From assembly GCA_032718475.1 (NCBI GenBank), contig JAUCBJ010008936.1, positions 69,357 to 133,356 of the forward strand: a stretch of 64,000 bases of DNA, in the 5' to 3' direction. This DNA is from Nemertoderma westbladi. Taxonomy: Eukaryota; Animalia; Xenacoelomorpha. Below are positions 47,883-60,600 of this stretch, in pieces; position 1 is the stretch's first letter; each line of letters begins with the position of its first letter. The position numbers and the translations under genes are program-made. Under the pieces are notes generated by a model, which did not search any database, had not been told where the DNA came from, and saw nothing but the letters and a program-made list of their open reading frames with translations.

Positions 47883-49196
47883 CAAATAAAATAGAAGCAC
47901 TATTTGAAGAGACAGTAACAATACCTGCAATATCTTACTGTAAAGTTTGTGAATCAAATCATAAATCCGACCTTCTCACCAAAACAGTAAACTCTAAGTA
48001 AGCGAATATATTGCAGTATCGATCTCTCATAACCGGTGAGGCAGAAAACAGTCTACGAGCAGACAAACTTCGATAAAACAAAATCCCGCGCAGCGAATCC
48101 TAAAATCAGGCTGACTCACTGACGGACTAAGGGGCTCGTATACTTTGCCGCGGTGTGATTTATATGGTTGGGCGAAAGGGACGCTAGCTAGGGGCAGAGA
48201 TTTGGAGATGTCTAACTAGCGGGCAAAGTGCAGTACGGACAAAAGTTAATTTTATATATTTTGAGGTGTAAATAATTTCTAACGCGCGTGTGTTAATTCT
48301 GAACAGTCAAAGCAGTTTTGCTCCTTCATATATATAATTACTGGGTACGGTGTGCATTTTACAAATATTCTAATTTTGTAACTTGTAGGGCCAATACTCA
48401 CGAATGATAAGGCTCCTTCCCCTCTTGCGTATTTCCAGGACTCAAATTCAGGCATAAGGTTAATGCTACGCCCAGAATTCGGCAATTTTAATTTACCAGG
48501 CCCCTAATACTAAGAAGAAATGTGTTAGTTTACTACTGTAGGCGTACAGTTACTAATAGCTATCCTGGCTCTTATCTGGAATTTTAGTCACCTAGGTAGG
48601 CTGGGTAACTTCCTATCAGGACGTTGGCGGGGACACGGTAGATGTTAGTATATCCCTAATAGCCTCAATTTATTTGCGCCTAGTCGTAAACTGCCCTACC
48701 GCCTGAACGGTACAATCCTAATTCAGGTGAAACACAGCAACCCTCCTAGCCTACAAGTTCTAATGCAATGGACACCGTTGTACTACAAATAGTCGCAAAC
48801 GCACCTGTACTTAGCAAGAGTTAGGCGTACAGTTTGCTGCACCCTACCAATGTGTATGCCTTGTACCGGTGTGCCTACGTCCTATCTGCGTACTAGTATC
48901 TCTGCCTGCTCTCTCTCCCCCCCCCCCCCCCCCCCCCCCCCGTAGGAATATGAAGGTCTACTGCGGTTTTTTCCTGAATTAAGACAGTACAGTCCCTAGA
49001 TGTAATTTTAGGCGTACAGCGTGTCACTACTTCTACCTTTGATCTTTGGTCTTACGCTTAGGTAGCAAGGCATCGAACGCTGTCTAACCTTTCAGGCGAT
49101 GGGCGAATAACTAAGATGGTATTGCGGGTTGTCTCCTGTCTACATTCCCTTGATGTTCCCGTTCATTGCTGCGGCCCGATCTCTAGCCGGCCATCC

Positions 49197-50332
49197 TGTT
49201 CCTAAGTGTGTTCACCGTAGTGAATCATGGTGAAAAGAAAAGGCAGGTAGCGGTATTTCTGAATTTATTGCAGATAATAATACAAAATGTAATCTGAAAA
49301 CTAATGACCGAATAAACAAATATCAGATAACTCAGAATAATTGTGTAAGTGAAGAGGGTGTGTGAGAGTGTAATTAATGAACGAAACTGCACCTTTTATA
49401 GCAAATTTGTGCTGCAATCAATCGAGAACATTCTATAATTATATTGGGTTTTTAAAGATAATCATTGGTCCAGCTAATATATAACTTGCACGACATTGGT
49501 TACAATCTAATAACTGCAGTCTCATTGGTTAATCTAGGTACAGACAAATGCAATTTAATTTGTAGCGGTCAATTTAAATGAGTTGAAATTCTGCACAAAA
49601 AATAATTCGCACTTACTAGGATTCGAACTCAATACCTACTACACATATAATTTCCAACGCTCTACCGACTGAGCTACTGAACCACTTGACTAAACATCGT
49701 ACAATAGATATAACAAATACAAATGAGGACTCAAAGTAATCTTTTAGCAAAGTTAATTCGAATAAAAATAAAATTTTGAAAATCCACGGCATTTAGGGAA
49801 TATAATTCTATACCGCTCCATGAAAACAGGATATTATCGTGCATAAAATATACGGTTTTCACCAATAATCAATCAAACTATAGAATACTTAGGGCGTACT
49901 TACATATTTACAATTAAATTTCAAACAATACTTCCTTTCTACATAATGATTCGATACAAAATAATTACAAATTCAAACTTTACGTATTTAAGGCTTTACT
50001 AAGTAAGTACAATATAAATCTAAATTAAATTCACCAATATAAATCTATTGCATCTCAATATTGCATAAATTCAAACAATTACAAATACAAATAAGTGAAA
50101 ATTTTCTATTTCACTGTAAATACAAATACTGCTTATAAGATATAAATTGCATAGTATTCGGAACAATATAAATTGCATAAGTTCGGAATAATCACAAATA
50201 TAAAATATAAATCTTGCAAATATAAATTCTTACTGACTATAAATCTTACTAAATATAAATTCTTATAATTAAATATAAAACATATAATTCAAATAAATCA
50301 CAAATTCACAAGAAAGGCTCACGAGTCTTCCA
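49197..50332 (-). promoter_or_regulatory. Putative LTR (U3 with CCAAT boxes and TATA box, poly(A) signal)
   Basis: Begins TG right after the purine tract aaagggagggcaagggtgga (50333-50353). Several CCAAT at 49443-49528, TATAAAAGG at 49400-49392, AATAAA at 49269-49264, and ends ...GGAACA at 49197. Alternative ends at 49209 and 49927 cannot be excluded. Confidence 0.7.
49608..49684 (-). other. tRNA-derived (Pol III A/B-box) segment inside the LTR
   Basis: GGTTCAGTAGCTCAGTCGGTAGAGCG (D-arm/A box) ... GAGTTCGAATCC (B box). The anticodon and acceptor stems do not pair, so it is not a functional tRNA. Confidence 0.75.
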
Positions 50333-50351
50333 TCCACCCTTGCCCTCCCTT

Positions 50352-53300
50352 TTATCGCTTAGTTGATCGAGCCCTGCCGCGTCCTCGAAAACTGCGCACA
50401 GGTGACTTTCCTCGCGATATGGGACTCGTGGGGCGAGTCACTGGTTTCGCTTGGACGTTGAGAGACGGTGCAACTATTTCCTCGCAAATTCGTCTATTTG
50501 GTATCCCAAAACCTCGACCGATTCCTCGTGACCGATCAGTTGTCACTACAGTTGGTAAAACGTCTGGGAACGAGCGAGAAGCGGACGACGCAGACCCAAG
50601 AGCAGCTTGCGCCCCCTTTTGATCAGCTGGTGTTTGTCCCGATCCTCCTGTTGGTTCTCTAGGAAGCGATACCGTATCCCGAGTAATTCGAATAGTCGGC
50701 TCAACTCCCTTGCGTTCTTCTATATTAATAGACTTCTTTAATTGTTGGCCTACTTTCTGGACCCGTATGATCCTACCCTGTCCATCCTCCCGAGGGTGAC
50801 GTGCAGACGGCGCAACCGGAGTGGCTGGTATATTTGTCGCCTCTAGGACCTCCTCTTCCTCGAATACACTCGCTCGTATACGTTTGTGGTAAAACGCGGC
50901 TCGGTATGCCCATGCGACGGTTAACCAAGCTCCTTTATTCCGCTTTTCAGTTCGGAAACGATCGAATTCACCATACGTGATGCGATTAACGACTTTCTGA
51001 AAATTCCACGTGTTTTTGTTATCCGGGTGAATCTGTAATAGATACTCGCGCACTACTCGGAATCCACTGTCATGGGGCAAAATATCGACTACCTCGATAA
51101 GTTTGTCATATTGGGGCATAGCTGAAATGTATCCTTCCAACATCATCGTTTGGGGATTTACCGCCCAAAATCCAAGATGCGCCCTCATCGGAAATCGTCT
51201 TCTTTGTGCCGATACATGTTCGTCGGCTAAATCTTCCCACTCATCGAATAATTTTCTCACGAGTTTTACAGATTCGTGTTCATAGGGTATGTCTCTTAGT
51301 TGGCATTCAGATGCTCGATGCCCTTTTATATTGCAATAAGTACATTGAGCCATAAATATCCAGCAAGTATAAAAGGTATGAGACCCTTGATCTCCACACC
51401 ATCCACAGATTAGCTGAGTCGTAGTAATGTGCTTTCCACTGCACTTGGTCGAATGATGTCCAGCGACGCCACATTTACCACACATCGTATTGGCAGGGTA
51501 CCACACTCGTTCGTATATAAGATCTCCAATCGGTCGAGCGCTTCCTCCCACACTATAATCGTAATCATCTGGATCTATGGGTTGGTAGGTTTCTGAAGGT
51601 TGTATACAAACTATAGCATCTGTTGCTTCAAGTTGTCGAATCTCCGTCTGAGATTTCTTTGGGAGGTTCCTTTCTATCTCAAGAAGTTCCTCTAAAGGAT
51701 CGTCGGTGATCATAGTAGTTACTTCGAAATCATCACCAAGGTGACCGATAGGCGCGCGCGTCTGCCGTGATTCATCCGTAATCTCCACGATACGTTCTCC
51801 TTCATAGGGTAACAATGTAAACATAGATGGTCTTTCGATAAGAGATCCTGCACAGCGAAGATACACGTCTCGAAATATACTAAATCCTGCTCGAGTAAAG
51901 GCATTACACTGAGCGTCGGAGTTGTAGAAGGGTTCAAGGAATCGTCTAAACACATCGGTATGAATTCTCCCTTCCATGTAGAACGTATGATCTTCTCCGA
52001 GACAAAGTGGATGTCTTTTGAGAGTCCGAGACACAATGTCGGCGATTAGGCAAACATTCACTGACGACTCTATTGCTAAATAATATTGTAGGACCGCTCT
52101 TGGAGGTGACGTAATAGCCCAATACACGCATCCTCTCCATTTAAGCTGTGATTCAAACTCACTCATATCTGGAGTATCACCTTCTCCATAAGTCTCAATA
52201 TACTTGGTTCTCTTACTTTCCTTATAATCCCAATTGAATAACAGGTAGGAAATGTATCCAGTTCCAGTCTTCTGAGTATTATACTCACGAAAATATCCCT
52301 GTTCTATAGACCACAAAATAAGAGGTCGAGTGTCGACGTAAGGTGTCGGTAGTTGGTCATCGATGTCCGTCATGCCGGCGAAGTATCGCAAATTAAGTCC
52401 TCCCTTACTCCTGATCCAATCTTTACAACAGTTTTATCTAAAATCATGTTTCTTACCATCTTCGGTAGCATTCTAGCGTCGATATTACAAGCTTGGTCCA
52501 TCTTCTTTACTATGTCAGTGATAAGATGGTGTCGCTTTGTATTCGCTGGAGGTATCGGCATTCGTTTGTCGCTCCTCTGTCTACTGAAAACGTGCAGGAC
52601 TCCGTCCGCCGCTCTAATTTGTATAGTCTTAGAAGTCAAACTCTGTTGATGACTGCCGCCCTCGTTATCATAAAACATGTAACCATTTTCCTGAAACGAT
52701 CTAAACGTTCTATTCCATTCATCCAACAATTCTTCCGAAGGTTGCCAAATCTTCTCTATGTCCTTATCATCTTCGAAACGAATAACCTTACCTCGCCAAT
52801 CCGCGGCAATATCTGTATCCGACTCGAAGGTTCCGGTTCCAATCCATAAACGAATCGTCTTGGTTAAATATCCTTTCAAATTACTCGGAGCTATATCGGC
52901 ACCAGCTCTATCCAGTTCCTTAAAGTCTTGAATACGATGATCCACGATGGGTATTTCGTACGTCGTATCCTGTCGGACTGGTATACTAATAGGAAAATTG
53001 AGTGTCGTACTCAATGGTTTCGTAGTCGAAGTACTATATGGTTGCATTTCTCTTGTCCTCTCCAGGGATGCAATCTGTAGTCTCTGAATAACATTTTGAG
53101 CAAAGTTTATGCTCTCAAAAACTTCCGGTGTCATCTCCTTAGCTGGAGTTTGATCGTGTGACGTCCAATGGTAAGGTAGGCTCGCGAGTCTTCCGCCCCA
53201 TTCTTCCATCTCACCTTTCTCGAAAGCCTTGTAGGCTCTGTATAGGCTAAGAGCTTCTTTCTTTTCGCGGGTTGACTGATTCGCCTCGTCCAGCGTAAGT

Positions 53301-53965
53301 TCAAATACATCGGGTTCAACAACCTTAGGTGGGTAAACGACAGTTTCTCCCGCCTTTGGTCCGGTCATAGCAAATGAATGATATGGATTCGATAAAGGAT
53401 ACCCTCCTTCCTGGTAGCGTAGTTGTTGATGGTTCGAACACCTCGCCAATATCGGTTCGGGATTTTCCTTATTCAAACGCATCGGAATCGCATTTCGTTG
53501 TTCGCGCATACAAGAACCGCATTGATAATAAAGTTTATAAACTGAAAATGCTTCCTTGGTTTCTCTATCGTCCCCTCGAGTTCGTCTGTAAAGATGCATT
53601 CCATCGAATTCATCGCGTACCGCGGGCATAGGTTCATGCGCCTTTAGGTATTGCATGGTATGATACAAACGACTAATTTCAGTATCGGGGTCTTCGCTAA
53701 TGTCTCCCGTATCACACAAAGTGTCGTACGGGTAAAGTTAATTGAAGGTTTTGTGCAAACTTTCGATTCTTTCATTTAATGCGTTTTGTCTTTTCTTTAA
53801 TACATTTGAGTCATATTTAGTTCTCGCGAGTTTCGCAGTACTTTCTGATAATTCTTTTATACCAAATATAGTGTAGTCCTTGGCTCCAAATCTTTCGAAT
53901 GGCGCTGCTGCCTCCTCTTGGATATCATATCCCCATCTCGGCTCTCCTTGTATCCCTTTCTCCAT
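50352..53965 (-). pseudogene. BEL accessory ORF (~1200 codons; one stop, one frameshift) with three CCHC-type knuckles and an RG-rich tail
   Basis: ORFs 53738-53965 and 52370-53719 are in the same frame across one TAA; 50352-52391 overlaps in another frame. Knuckles CGKCGVAGHHSTKC, CGWCGDQGSHTFYTC and CTYCNIKGHRASEC. It ends RGRGRARSTKR immediately before the PPT. Confidence 0.75.
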
Positions 53966-54625
53966 GATTAGAGGTGTAGTTACATAATCATTACTACTAG
54001 AGGGAATACAACAGAGTTTGTAGTTAGTTGTGAGGAGACGTGAGAGTTTCGTCTGCCCTTTTGGCTCGACAACGCTCTAACCTCCTACCCATAGCCTAAG
54101 ATCTAGGGTTTCTTTAATGACACGCTGCTTCTTATCTAAAATTTTTTGCCGAAATAAAAACGAATTTGGGCTAAACTGGCTGTGAGTCTAAAATACTCAC
54201 TTTTTGATCCCAAACTATTATCAGAAAATAAGCAGTCAAGAATTAGTAATAAATATAGGGAAGTCTTATTTTTGACGTAACTTATTGAAACAAGACCGTG
54301 TAAAATTTAATTAAAATTTTAAGAAAGGCTCGCAAGTCTTCCTCTCTTGTTTCTCTAATTTTAAGTTCCACCCGACTGTACCCTGAAATCTATTCACTGG
54401 AGAAAATTTTAAAAATTTTCAAATCCAAATGGATTGTCTAAAATTTCGAAAATGTCTCAATATTGTGAGTTCCAAGTAGAATTCCATTTCTTATACCTAC
54501 AAATCCCGCTCCTATGTGACACATAAGGGTACTACCCTCAATGTTCACATATAAAGACAATGGAATTCTACCGCTGTCCTTACTACGGTGTACAGGTACG
54601 TGGAAATCTATTTGTAAACTCCTAA

Positions 54626-57600
54626 TTATTTACTAATATTAGGAGGAGATTTGTAGTCTCCAGACTCGTTACGAGTCTCTTCAAGAAGTACGAGACGTTG
54701 AGTCGGTCTGTCTACTGTACGACCATCAATTGTCCGTACCGTCACAGTTCTTGTCACTCCATCCATAGATGGATGTGTGGCTAAAATTACACCTGTTATC
54801 CAGAAGCGTCTTTTTAGATTCACTTCTGCTAACAGCACGTGATCTCCCGGCTTTAATGCGCGGGTGTTATTGTACCAGTTTGTTCTGGCAGAAATAGAGG
54901 GCAAATAATGGTTTTGCCATATTTCCCAGAATTTGTTAGCTAGTAGTTGCGTGATTTTCCACGCTTTTCTACCGTAGCTATCGCCTTCTATTGGAATAGA
55001 AATAGGCGTTAATGTCGTCGGTGCCTGCATAAGCAGGTGTGCCGGTGTTAATGCAAACTGGGATTGTTTGTCATCGGGTACTAATACTATTGGTCTAGTA
55101 TTTAGTATTGCCTCGATTTCAACAAACAGTGTTGTCAGTTGGTCGTCTGTCAATATGTGGTTTACTGGAATGACCTTTGCCATTGCCGTTTTGATAGATC
55201 TAATCAATCTCTCCCAGACTCCGCCTCTCCATGGACTATCTGGAGGATTAAACTTCCAAACAATCTTGTGAGGTTGTAGTTCGTTCGAGATTTGATCATG
55301 ATCTAATTTCTTAAAGGCTCTAGCAATCTCATTTCGAGCACCAACAAAGTTTGTCCCTTGGTCTGAGTACAAGCACTTCACTAGTCCGCGTCTGTCTAGC
55401 GATAAATCGCCGCAATGCTAGTATAAACGCGTTGGTGGAAAGATCCATCACACGTTCAATATGAACTGCCCTACTGGACATACATGTGAAAATCAGTCCC
55501 CAGCGTTTTACTAGTATACGTCCACGTTTCGTATGTATGGGACCAAAGCAATCAATTCCAGTCTCTGTAAAAGGTGGTCTGAATGCTTGAAGTCGTGCTT
55601 GTGGAAGTTCACTCATTTCTTGGGTACCTATTCTAGAATGTACCTTTTTACAAATAATACACGTACGTGTCACTGAACTTAACGCTTTACTGGGTCTAAT
55701 TAATACAAATCTTGTACGTAAGTAGGAAAGACAGTGGTGTCTTCCAGCGTGTTTCAGATGTAAATGTGCGTCCAGTATCATTGCACGTTGTAGTTCGTGA
55801 TGCTGTGGTATTATTATTGGGTATCTAAAGTTTGTGTTAAAGTCAATGTTTTGAAGCCAAGATTTATGACAAATTAAGCCATTATAAATAATCGGACTCC
55901 AACTCAGTATTGGTGACGACTTGATTGGTTGACCTTGATTTATAGATGTGAATTCGCGCGCGAAATATCGCAGTTGGTAATGGCGAATTAATTTAATCTC
56001 ACACCTGTCAATCTCAGTCAATGTAAGTCGACGTGTAAAGTCTCGTTTGCCTTTAACGTATTGTACAAAACGTACAATTCACGCTAATTTTCGGCAAGCG
56101 TTTGTCCAAGAGTCTGTTAAGTTTACAATACGGTCGACGTGAGTATTTGTGACGTCATCAGGTAAGTCAATGGAGAATTTGGAAGGTTTTTATTTACTAG
56201 AAGGGCCCACGGGTCCGCCGGTAATTATTCCCTTGTTGACTGTTGATCCGTCCGGGTCTACAAGTAATTTGTCCTTCTTCGTCTTCTTACCTTGGTTGTC
56301 AGTACTTTGTAAGTCGATCGTTAATGGTGGTTTGAACTCTATGGGGTCAGTGGGTTTCGGTACACTTATTTTTCTGCCGATATTAATCCCGGGTCTCACC
56401 ATAGGTTGCAAGTTTGGTATGTCTCTTGAGCGCAGAGTAACACCTGTATTTACATTAGCGTAGGTACTACCCACATGAGGTATCACTGTGCTTATGGTTG
56501 CTCAAGTGTGTCAAATTTGGTAGTTTGTCTATAGAAGGCCGCTCCAATAGGGAAACTGCGGCTTTTCTATTTGTCAATATGTTACTAGTGTCTGGTAGAA
56601 CATTTTGTGACATGTCTGGTAAAATGTTTCGCGGAACATCCGGCAAAATATCTAGTGACGTGTCTGGCAAAACGTCTGGTTGACCATCTAGTAACGTATC
56701 TGGTTGTTTGTCAATAGAAGGCCGCTCCAATAGAGAAACTGCGGCTTTACTATTTGTCAGTATGTTACTAGTGTCTGGTAGAACATTTTGTGATATGTCT
56801 GGCAAAATGTCTGGTTGGCCGTCTAGTAACGTGTCTGTTTGACCGTCTGGCGATATGTCTGGTGTAGAAAGGCTCGCAAGTCTTCCGTTCTTGACCTTTG
56901 AAGTTATCGCTTTCCATTTCGCCTTCGGTTTTTTCTTGAGTTTAGCCGCCGTCTTTTTCTTTGCTTTCCCTTTCTTTGGTTTTTTAATTTCCGCGTCTTT
57001 AGGGATAGTGTTAGACTTGTTGTCGTATAGTGGCGGCCAATGTTGTATTGATCCCTGCAAGAACCGTGGTCCGTGCTGCCAAAATTCTTTGTTCTCCGGT
57101 TTACAGAATTCCTCAGACATCATTCCTCTTGACGCAATATCGGCTGGGTTTTGTGGTCCGGGACAATGTCGCCAATCTTCCTTTATTGAACGGTCTAGAA
57201 TTTCTGCGCGACGGTTAGCTACGAATGTCTTGAATTCAAGTGTGTCGTTGTTTATGTAAAATAAAACCAACGTCGCGTCAGTCCAATAAAATATCTGTAA
57301 ACTTGACTGTAGTTCTGTCTGTATAAGGTTCACGATTGTGGTTGACAGGGTTGCGGCTTGTAGCTCAGCTCGTGGTGTCGTCATATACTTAGTAGGCATT
57401 GTTTTTGCCTTAGAAGTAATGAGCGAAACATCGAATTCTTCTGAGTCTACTTGTCTGCGCAAGTACGCTGCCACACCAAAGCCGTTGTCACTGGCGTCGG
57501 AAAAACAATGTAATTCCAAGTTGTCAGGAAATGTTGTTTGTAATGGAAAGTAGACTCTGGGTATGGAATAATCCTCTAGCGAAGATAATTCTGCCTCCCA

Positions 57601-60600
57601 GGTTTTCCATAAGTCCACTTGGTCTGATGAGATCGGCTCATCCCATGTTAGTCCATCCTTCCAAATACTGCGCATATAAATTCTGGCTTGCAGTATTATT
57701 GGACTGATGAATCCTAATGGATCGAACAATCAGCTCAATTTTGACAAGCATGATCTCTTTGTCAGTGTGTTTTCTTGACTGTCCAGTCTCACCTTCACTC
57801 GAAAGTTGTCCGTGTTTGGGTCCCAAAAGAGCCCCAACACCTTGGTCGTCGGTAGTGGTTCGAACTCTAGGTCTATGTCACCACCTCCACGCTCAGTCGT
57901 TCCGAATGAGTCTACCAATTCGGCACTGTTTGAGGCGAATTTGGTGAGGTTAAAACCTCCGCCCTCTAAGCAGTCCCGTAATTGATGTGCTACTGTTATA
58001 GCACGTTCTACTGTGTCACAACTCTGTAAACCGTCGTCGACGTAAAAGTCACGTTCTACGATCTTAATTATCTCTGGGTCATATATGTGTTTCTGATCCC
58101 TAGCAGCTTGCTTTAGGGCGTACATCGTACAGTTTGGGCTGTCCCTGGCACCGAAAACGCGAACTTGCATTTGGTAAGTCGCCGGTGGTAGACTTAAGTC
58201 TCCTTCCAGGTACCAGAGGAACCTCAAACTGTCTCTGTCTCGCTCTAACGCTCTCACTTGGTGAAACATAGCTTCGACGTCACAAGTAAAGGCTACTTGA
58301 CGCTGACGGAAGCGCATAATCACCCCCATAAGATAATTATTCATGTTTGGTCCATCCATTAACTCACTGTTGAGGGACATTCCCTCAAACAGAGCCGCAC
58401 AGTCATTGACTACACGTACTTTGTCTGGTTTGTCGGGGTGTCTCACGTAGTGATGTGGCAAGTAGTATGTTTGGTCAGTCACTATCTCCGGGTTAGTCAT
58501 TCGGATAGCGTATCCCTTGGACAAATACGTCTCCATCTGAGTGTTGTACTGCAGATGGGCTTTCTCGTCCTTTAATAGACGTTGTCGTATTGAGTGTAAG
58601 CGTCTTAAAGCTAGTGGATAGTTATTTATAAGTTTAGGACTTTGGCTACGCCATAACATCCCTACCTCATAATGTCCGTCTTTCGTCTGGCGGATAGTAT
58701 CTTCCATGATCTTCAAAGATTGTTTCTCCTGTTCCGACATACATGGTTCGTAGCTACCAGGTTCAGCTGTATCTTGTTCTAACCACCTGATAGTCTTCTC
58801 CGTTAATTCTTTGTCCAGTGCAGCTTGTTCCACTTGATGATTTCTTAACGCGTCATCATCGATATCGACGGGTATTGTTGAGGTTATTGGGGTAGGTAGA
58901 CTCGCAAGCCTTCCGGCGTTATCATCTGTCGTCGATGGAATCTCTGGCTGACTCGTCTTCTCCCCAAGTTCTAAACTCACCTGGTGGATTAGCTGCTCCT
59001 TGTGACTTATCATACTAGTTACACGTCTGTCATGTTTTGTATGTAAGGTAGTATAGTCTACGTCGTGTGAAAAGGAATGAGTCGACGTTGTAGTTAATAA
59101 ACTACATGTACTTTGTATATCGTCTTCCTCGTCACTTATATCCAGTGTGCGCACAGGCGCTCGAGTATACCACCCTATCGGCGTTCTACAGGCGTATGCG
59201 TTTCCCGCTACGACTGCCGATGGTCTGGTTTCCCACACTTGATGTAGGTTGAATTGGTCTGTCCCGATCAGCATTGCTACCGATCTATAATTGACAGGAC
59301 ATTCAGGTACACCAAGGTGTCTGAAATACTTACGGTCCTCCAAGGATTGTTCTGGGACAGGACCTAGTAGGTTACTAAAGTCCTTGGTGGCCGCAAAAGT
59401 CAAATCCTTAAAGGGTAACAAAGACCTCTCCTTTTCGCTGTGTTGCGATTTCGGAAGAAGAGTGTCTAAGTTTAACTTAACTCGTGTCACTGGTATTGCA
59501 CGTTGTCCGTGCATACTACTTACGGTGTAACTGACGTGCTTACCTTGTCTGAGATCCGTCACGACATCAGCTATCTGCTCATCCACGTAGCTGTGAGATG
59601 AGGCTGAATCCAGGATAGCGTAGATTCTCTTGCTCCCTTTTGTGCCAGTAATCTTAATCGGAATTACACTGAAACCCTTTAGTTGGTCAGTCGTCAGAAG
59701 CGCGATCGATGGTTGTTCGTCTCCATCTGAATATACGTCGTCGTCTTCCGACTCTTCGTCCGACGATCCGGATTGTTCTGAGAAGCAATCCTTAATATGT
59801 GTCACGAAGGTTGGAGTCGTTTTCGATTCTCGATTCTTGTAGGCCGTATTACATTTCGCTGCTGCTTCCGGGTGTTCCCTGGCGAAGCGTTTTGTCGGCG
59901 TGTGGCTGTCTGTGTGGAGCAGACCGTCGTGGTTGCGTCCACAGGATGGACAAGTGTCGGTATTTGGGCAATCTTTGCGGACGTGTCCGTGTCGCGTACA
60001 CCGCCAACAAGAGTCCAATGGCCGTATCTGCAGCCGTCGTTCTTCCGAGTTTAACTCGCGAAACTGTCGACAACCTCTCAACTTGTGACCGATATACCGC
60101 TTGCCTAAATGCTCGCAGTATTGGCAGCCGCTGAAGTCTGTACTGAGTTGCTGTCTAGTCTGTTTTATTCCAATGGGCGCAGATACCCTACTACCGTCCG
60201 AGAATTGTCGTGTTTCCGTCGATGTGGCGTAAGTGGCCGTCTTGGTGGATGTTGTCTGGGGTTTTTGTCGGTTTGAGGATGGCAAGGTGATTCCTTCTGC
60301 TACGATGTGCTGGTCAGTGTAGTTGGATCGAGTTTCTACCACTGCTTCCCTGGATATCAAAAGGTACACATCTTCCAGTTTTAAGAATCCACCCCGCTCT
60401 TCCCGCTGGTATTCGATCTTCCTCCACTCCCGACGAAGTCGATGGTGGAGTCGTCCTATGATCTTTAATAGGACTGTAGGGGTATTCCCGTAGTCAAGTT
60501 GTCCAATGGATCTCAAAGTAGTGATAGCGTTCTTTATTTCGTCAGCCAGTTTCAATAAGTCGACGGGTTTAGTAATAGCCCCTCCCTTACAGAGTTCCTC

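Noticed and set aside
49608-49684. Functional tRNA gene
   Set aside because: The A and B boxes are present, but the acceptor and anticodon stems do not pair.
50352-53965. env gene
   Set aside because: No signal peptide, transmembrane anchor or glycoprotein-like Cys pattern is visible; it has nucleic-acid-binding knuckles instead.
8578-60134. Numerous 60-135-aa ORFs antisense to or overlapping TE genes (e.g. 8578-8967, 13985-14332, 19183-19515, 56855-57259, 59799-60134)
   Set aside because: These are shadow frames of real coding regions or low-complexity AT-rich sequence, with no recognisable motifs.
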